Assembly: GCA_950097015.1 (NCBI GenBank)
Contig: CATNEN010000001.1
Coordinates: 15,314,001-15,378,000, forward strand
DNA: 64,000 nt
Origin: Macrostomum hystrix
Taxonomy: Eukaryota; Animalia; Platyhelminthes
Reading direction: 5' to 3'
Shown: piece by piece, positions 57,479 to 64,000 of the stretch
Layout: every line of letters starts with the position of its first letter
Position numbering within the stretch: position 1 is the stretch's first letter
Position numbers and translations under genes: made by a program
The notes under the pieces: generated by a model
Database searches by the model: none
Told to the model about the DNA's origin: nothing
What the model saw: only the letters and a program-made list of their open reading frames with translations

Positions 57479-60478
57479 ATGGGCGGTTACGCAGTTTACA
57501 AGGGCTCCGAGAACAGCGTTAACATCGGGGCAAGTGGCGGGTCGGGCAAGAAAGGCCTCTTCCTGACGGTGCCGATTCTCGTCCTGCTCGCGATCGTCTT
57601 CGCGGTCTCCGTGGTGGCCGTGGGGCTCATCGTGCACTTCACCGCTCCAAAGTGCGAGCAATCCTCTACGCCGCCTCCGACAACGGTTCCGAGCAGTCCG
57701 CCGCCGGCGACTCCGGGACCATCGACTGCGCCACCGCTCGTGAAAGACGTCCGACTGCCGGCTGGCGTCAAGCCCGTGCACTACAGCGTCACCCTGGCGC
57801 CCTACATCTACGAGACGAACGCATCGGCCTTCTACTTCATCGGCTCCGTCAGAGTGAGGCTCAGTGTCAACGAGAGCACCAACAACCTCAAGCTGCACGC
57901 AGACAGGATCAACCTGACGGTCCAGGATATAAAGATCTACGATGACAGCTCCAACATAAACTTCACCGTCACGAGCGTTGTGTACGACGACAAGCGTCAG
58001 TGGTACAGCATCGACACGAGCGAGCAGCTGCCTGCGAACAGCTCAAGCGTCGTCCTGCAGATCGACAAGTTCCGAGGTCCACTTCGGTCTGATCTTCGAG
58101 GTCTCTATCTGAGCTCCTACACTGAGAACGGAGTTACAAAGTACCTCGCCACTTCTCAACTGCAGCCGACGGACGCCAGGAAGACATTTCCGTGTTTCGA
58201 TGAGCCTGGATTCAAGGCAAAGTTTGACATCAGCCTCGTGAGACTTGCGTCTTATAAGTCCATCAGCAACATGCCATCAAAGCAGATAAGCAACGTGACT
58301 GCCGAGCAGTGGTTTAGCGAGATGGCCGACTCAGCTCATGTAGTGAAGGAGGACTTTGAGACTACTCCCATCATGTCTACTTACCTTCTGGCGTTCATTG
58401 TGTCTCAATTCGACTATGTAGACAGCAAGGACGACAAGGGTCGCGAATATCGCAACTGGGTTCGACCCGAGTTCAAAAGTCTCACAGACTACTCGCTTGA
58501 GGCCGTCAAGAACATCACCCAGCACTTTGAGTCCTACTTCAACGTGCCATACCCGCTGAATAAAACGGATCAGGCTGCAGTTCCCGACTTCAACGCAGGT
58601 GCGATGGAGAACTGGGGACTGATCATTTATCGAGAGAGCCGCCTCGTTTTCGATGCATCCAAAGACACAAGCGCCATTTTACAAGCCATCGGCAGCGTTG
58701 TGAGCCACGAGCTCGCCCACATGTGGTTCGGAAATCTGGTCACTCCGGACTGGTGGGACGACATCTGGCTCAATGAGGGATTCGCCAGTTTCGTGCAAAA
58801 CATCGGAGTGCACAATATGCATCCCGACTGGGAGATCGATGCTCAATTCGTGACAACCCAGCAGCGTGCGGCCTTCGATGTCGATTCAAAAGGCGCCAGC
58901 CACCCAATTTATACTCAGGTTTATAATCCGAGTCAAATCAACGAGATCTTCGACACCATCACCTATAGAAAGGGTGCCACTGTTCTCCGCATGCTTCACG
59001 GCTTCGTGGGTGACGAAGTGTTCCGGAAAGGAGTCGGAAAATACCTATTGGACAACAGTTACGGCAACACATTCCACACTGCTCTCTATGACAGTCTGGC
59101 TCGACAGTACAACGAAACGTGGGGCAGACCGCTCGACGTGGGTCAAGTGATGGACCGCTGGATCAAGCAGATGGGATATCCCGTGCTCAACTGCTCCAGG
59201 AGTGCAGGCCAGCTCACACTGACCCAGAACCACTTCCTCAGCGACCCCAGCCAGAAGCCCAGCTACGAGAGTGACTACAACTACACGTGGATCATCCCAG
59301 TCACCTTGGCAACCAAGGAGAATCTCACCTCGGGTACTCCGGAGGATGTGTCACGATTCGTGCAATGGATGGCCGACAAGAGCCAGGCGTTCGACTTGGA
59401 CTCCGGCTCGAGTTGGTACCTGCTCAATCTGCGCTCGCTCGGCTTCTACAGAGTGAACTACGAGCCAGCGAACTGGGAAGCTCTCATCCAACAGCTGCTG
59501 TCGAACCACAGCGTGTTCACTCCGCAGGACAGAGCCCGTCTGCTCGATGACAGCTTCTCTCTGGCCAGCGCAGGCTACCTGGACTACAGCGTTCCGCTCA
59601 ACATGACCAAGTACTTGAAGAGAGAGACCCACTTGGTTCCGTGGCAGTCGGCTCTTTCGAAGATGAGCTACCTGCACTCGATGCTCCACCGACAGTCTCC
59701 GGAGTACGGTCCTCTGAGTGCCTACATGCGCGACCTGCTCGAAGGTGCCTTCAAGGACGTCGGACTCGACAACAAGGAGAGCGATACGCACCTGACCCGA
59801 CTGAAGCGAGAGCTCATCGTCTCATCGGCCTGCCTGTACGGTGTGCGAAGTTGCGAGGAGGCCGCGACCCAAAAGTTCAGCGAGTTCGTGAGCTCAAATT
59901 TTACCAATTTTACCACGATCATCAGTCCGGACATCCGACGCCGGGTTCTCTGTGAAGGAGTGGTCACGTCTTTTGTGGTCGTGTGGGACCGACTGTTTGA
60001 GTACAGCAAGACTGAATCACATCCTGGAATTCAGAACGACATCATCCGCAGCCTGGCCTGCACCAGCGAGCCGTGGATCCTCAACCGCTACCTGGACTAT
60101 GCTCTCGACGAATCCAGAGTCCGGAGGCAGGACTCCTCCACGGTGTTCTCGAGCGTTTCCGCGAACCCAAACGGTCTACAGATCGTGTGGGACTATCTGC
60201 AGAGGAACTGGGAGAGCATTCAGGAAAAGATCCCTGGCTCCTTCACTGTTTCGTATTTCATCAACAACCTGGCCGACTTCAACAGCGAGCAGAAGCTTGC
60301 GGAGATGGAGAGGTTCAAGGCGCAGCACAAGGACAACCTGGGCGCTGCGACGCGGGCCATGGACCTCGCCCTGGAGAACGTGCGCATCAACGTCAAGTGG
60401 ATGGAGCGCAACCTTCCGGCTGTTCGCAGCTGGCTGGCCGATAATGTGAAACAGTTTGAAGAGCGGCGCGCGGTGTGA
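57479..60478 (+). CDS. ANPEP: Aminopeptidase N-like M1 metallopeptidase, copy 2 (999 aa from ATG 57479, intronless)
   Basis: Same motifs as copy 1; about 35 substitutions by eye outside the first ~22 residues. The symbol is family level. Confidence 0.95.
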   Translation: MGGYAVYKGSENSVNIGASGGSGKKGLFLTVPILVLLAIVFAVSVVAVGLIVHFTAPKCEQSSTPPPTTVPSSPPPATPGPSTAPPLVKDVRLPAGVKPVHYSVTLAPYIYETNASAFYFIGSVRVRLSVNESTNNLKLHADRINLTVQDIKIYDDSSNINFTVTSVVYDDKRQWYSIDTSEQLPANSSSVVLQIDKFRGPLRSDLRGLYLSSYTENGVTKYLATSQLQPTDARKTFPCFDEPGFKAKFDISLVRLASYKSISNMPSKQISNVTAEQWFSEMADSAHVVKEDFETTPIMSTYLLAFIVSQFDYVDSKDDKGREYRNWVRPEFKSLTDYSLEAVKNITQHFESYFNVPYPLNKTDQAAVPDFNAGAMENWGLIIYRESRLVFDASKDTSAILQAIGSVVSHELAHMWFGNLVTPDWWDDIWLNEGFASFVQNIGVHNMHPDWEIDAQFVTTQQRAAFDVDSKGASHPIYTQVYNPSQINEIFDTITYRKGATVLRMLHGFVGDEVFRKGVGKYLLDNSYGNTFHTALYDSLARQYNETWGRPLDVGQVMDRWIKQMGYPVLNCSRSAGQLTLTQNHFLSDPSQKPSYESDYNYTWIIPVTLATKENLTSGTPEDVSRFVQWMADKSQAFDLDSGSSWYLLNLRSLGFYRVNYEPANWEALIQQLLSNHSVFTPQDRARLLDDSFSLASAGYLDYSVPLNMTKYLKRETHLVPWQSALSKMSYLHSMLHRQSPEYGPLSAYMRDLLEGAFKDVGLDNKESDTHLTRLKRELIVSSACLYGVRSCEEAATQKFSEFVSSNFTNFTTIISPDIRRRVLCEGVVTSFVVVWDRLFEYSKTESHPGIQNDIIRSLACTSEPWILNRYLDYALDESRVRRQDSSTVFSSVSANPNGLQIVWDYLQRNWESIQEKIPGSFTVSYFINNLADFNSEQKLAEMERFKAQHKDNLGAATRAMDLALENVRINVKWMERNLPAVRSWLADNVKQFEERRAV

Positions 60479-61164
60479 AATGTGTGTGCGAGAACTGCTA
60501 GAAGAGTCCCACCGACCAGTAATTATGAGTAGCAATTACCGTGAAAACTGTTAAGGATCTGGGACAGAAGAAAATCGGTTTTCTTGTAAAGCATTGTTTT
60601 TTACTTATAATCCTGATTAATTTTTCGTAGTTGCACCGTAGTCTGTACTGGGCTTCAGGTGCTCCGTATTTAAAGTGTGCAATTAACTTATCATTGGGAC
60701 TGCAAATGTCAATGTGGTTTTTTGTTGGCTTAAATTTCAGTTTTACTTCAAGGTTTCTTGTGTAAATTTATTGGAATGGAAACTTTTTTCTTTTGATTTT
60801 ATGTACTAGCCTTTGTTTTGTTTCAAAATCTTAGCCGTTGGATTCACTCTAGAAAACTTTAAAGTTTGTTTGTTTGTTGTTGTTGATCAATTTGTTTCAT
60901 CATTCTTTAAAATATCTCCATAAGTGTTTATTAGGAAGCGATGGTTCTTTATCTAGTTTTTTATCCCTTATCTCTTTTTATCCTATTTGACGATTTCCAG
61001 CTTGCAACGATTCTAAGTTAGACGGCTTTTTTGTCTGCTGTAAGTACTACAATCAGTAATAAAACACGTTTTGCAATGCAGACTAATTATTTAAACTTTA
61101 ACTTTTAGTTTGCCTTTTTTAGCAACTGGATGGCAGGATGGCAGCTTCCAATAAAACATTGGAA

Positions 61165-61615
61165 GCACGTTAGACAAAGCGTGAAAAATGTTAGACACAT
61201 CGAAAAACCTGTTACACATCTGAAAACCTGTTAGACACATCTGAAAATGTGTTAGACACATCTGAAAACCTGTTAGACACATCTGAAAATATTTTAGACA
61301 CGTCTGAAAACCTGTTAGACACATCTGAAAACCTGTTAGACACATCTGAAAACCTGTTAGACACATCTGAAAATATGTTAGACACATCTGAAAACCTGTT
61401 AGACACATCTGAAAATATGTTAGACACATCTGAAAACCTGTTAGACACATCTGAAAACCTGTTAGACACATCTGAAAATATGTTAGACACATCTGAAAAT
61501 ATGTTAGACACATCTGAAAATATGTTAGACACATCTGAAAACCTGTTAGACGCATCTGAAAATCTGTTAGACACGTCTGAAAACCTGTTAGACGCATCTG
61601 AAAATCTGTTAGACA
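61165..61615. repeat. 21-bp minisatellite
   Basis: (GTTAGACACATCTGAAAACCT)n. Confidence 0.95.
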
Positions 61616-62103
61616 AGGCTAGAAACTGTAAGTAATCGCTAAAAGCAGTACACAGCCATAAACCTGTCAAAAAGGCGTTCAGGCTGTAAAAGCAGGCACA
61701 AACAGAGCACTTGCTATGCATTCGGCCTCACTATAACAGATGTCTGGAAGAATGCCCGAACTTACTATTTTCCCACTGCCAAACTTCCCTGTCTGTGAAG
61801 ATGAAACGGTTGGCTAAGATGCTTGGCTATTTAGCTTCCGACCGTCTATGATTAATCGTCTGTAAGATTTGGAGCAATGCGAACTTTTCAGAAACTGATC
61901 GACCAATTCAGTAATCTCCGAAAGCGGAATGGAGCAGCAGCAGCAGCAGCAGCAGAGAGACTCAGTACAGAGAAATTAGAGACCTAGTCTACAGTTTATC
62001 CCCTGGAAGAGAGACCAGCTGGGATTAGTCCGGAATATGCGAATGCGAAGCACTTTTTAGATAATTTTGCAGCAACTCATATGCACAGCCCTTCTGCCTG
62101 ACT

Positions 62104-64000
62104 CTATGAATCCCAATTCCTATGAATCCCAATTCCTATGAATCCCAATTCCTATGAATCCCACTTCCTATGAATCCCAATTCCTATGAATCCCAATTCC
62201 TATGAATCCCAAGTTCTATGAATCCCAATTCCTATGAATCCCAATTCCTATGAATCCCAATTCCTATGAATCCCAATTCCTATGAATCCCAAGTTCTTTG
62301 AATCCCAAGTTCTATGAATCCCAATTCCTATGAATCCCAAGTTCTATGAATCCCAATTCCTATGAATCCCAATTCCTATGAATCCCAATTCCTATGAATC
62401 CCAATTCCTATGAATCCCAATTCCTATGAATCCCAATTCCTATGAATCCCAATTCCTATGAATCCCAAGTTCTATGAATCCCAATTCCTATGAATCCCAA
62501 TTCCTATGAATCCCAATTCCTATGAATCCCAATTCCTATGAATCCCAATTCCTATGAATCCCAATTCCTATGAATCCCAATTCCTATGAATCCCAAGTTC
62601 TATGAATCCCACTTCCTATGAATCCCAATTCCTATGAATCCCAATTCCTATGAATCCCAATTCCTATGAATCCCAATTCCTATGAATCCCAATTCCTATG
62701 AATCCCAAGTTCTATGAATCCCAATTCCTATGAATCCCAATTCCTATGAATCCCAAGTTCTATGAATCCCAATTCCTATGAATCCCACTTCCTATGAATC
62801 CCAATTCCTATGAATCCCAATTCCTATGAATCCCACTTCCTATGAATCCCAATTCCTATGAATCCCAATTCCTATGAATCCCAATTCCTATGAATCCCAA
62901 TTCCTATGAATCCCACTTCCTATGAATCCCACTTCCTATGAATCCCAATTCCTATGAATCCCAATTCCTATGAATCCCAATTCCTATGAATCCCAAGTTC
63001 TATGAATCCCACTTCCTATGAATCCCAATTCCTATGAATCCCAATTCCTATGAATCCCAATTCCTATGAATCCCAATTCCTATGAATCCCAATTCCTATG
63101 AATCCCAATTCCTATGAATCCCAATTCCTATGAATCCCAATTCCTATGAATCCCAAGTTCTATGAATCCCAATTCCTATGAATCCCAAGTTCTTTGAATC
63201 CCAAGTTCTATGAATCCCAAGTTCTATGAATCCTAAGTTCTATGAATCCCAAGTTCTATGAATCCCAAGTTCTATGAATCCTAAGTTCTATGAATCCCAA
63301 GTTCTATGAATCCCAAGTTCTATGAATCCCAAGTTCTATGAATCCCACTTCCTATGAATCCCAATTCCTATGAATCCCAATTCCTATGAATCCCAATTCC
63401 TATGAATCCCAATTCCTATGAATCCCAATTCCTATGAATCCCAAGTTCTATGAATCCCAATTCCTATGAATCCCAATTCCTATGAATCCCAATTCCTATG
63501 AATCCCAATTCCTATGAATCCCAATTCCTATGAATCCCAATTCCTATGAATCCCAATTCCTATGAATCCCAAGTTCTATGAATCCCACTTCCTATGAATC
63601 CCAATTCCTATGAATCCCAATTCCTATGAATCCCAATTCCTATGAATCCCAATTCCTATGAATCCCAATTCCTATGAATCCCAAGTTCTATGAATCCCAA
63701 TTCCTATGAATCCCAATTCCTATGAATCCCAAGTTCTATGAATCCCAATTCCTATGAATCCCACTTCCTATGAATCCCAATTCCTATGAATCCCAATTCC
63801 TATGAATCCCACTTCCTATGAATCCCAATTCCTATGAATCCCAATTCCTATGAATCCCAATTCCTATGAATCCCAATTCCTATGAATCCCACTTCCTATG
63901 AATCCCACTTCCTATGAATCCCAATTCCTATGAATCCCAATTCCTATGAATCCCAAGTTCTATGAATCCCAATTCCTATGAATCCCAAGTTCTTTGAATC
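62104..64000. repeat. 15-bp minisatellite running off the window end
   Basis: (CTATGAATCCCAATT[C])n with AAGTT and CACTT variants. Confidence 0.97.

Noticed and set aside
62104-64000. Telomeric repeat
   Set aside because: 15-bp unit, not (TTAGGG)n.

Overview
Animal genomic DNA. The poly-Q/poly-A-rich exons, the abundance of ~15-45 bp minisatellites and a flatworm-type PH-like gene suggest a free-living flatworm such as Macrostomum (inference). Positions 1-27324 (minus strand) hold 13 phase-consistent exons (~4,300 codons) of BIRC6/BRUCE. The gene runs off the window start before the UBC domain, and 9 of its 12 introns are each filled by a different minisatellite. Next come an RTE-like LINE fragment, a frameshifted secreted PAN/apple + ALK/LTK-type glycine-rich gene, an intronless PH/PTB-like gene and a decayed ankyrin + TRPM-like channel pseudogene. 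Two nearly identical intronless aminopeptidase N genes flank a MITE and a young, intact BEL/Pao LTR retrotransposon. That element has 347-bp LTRs identical by eye, a CAATT TSD and a tRNA-iMet PBS, sits inside a 15-bp minisatellite, and its Gag carries ~56 in-frame Ala-Ala-Thr repeats. Two tRNA-derived SINE families are scattered through the window, one with a CORE-like domain. Most long ORFs in the ORF track over repeats are artefacts. All alignments and counts were made by eye, and comparisons to known proteins are from memory.
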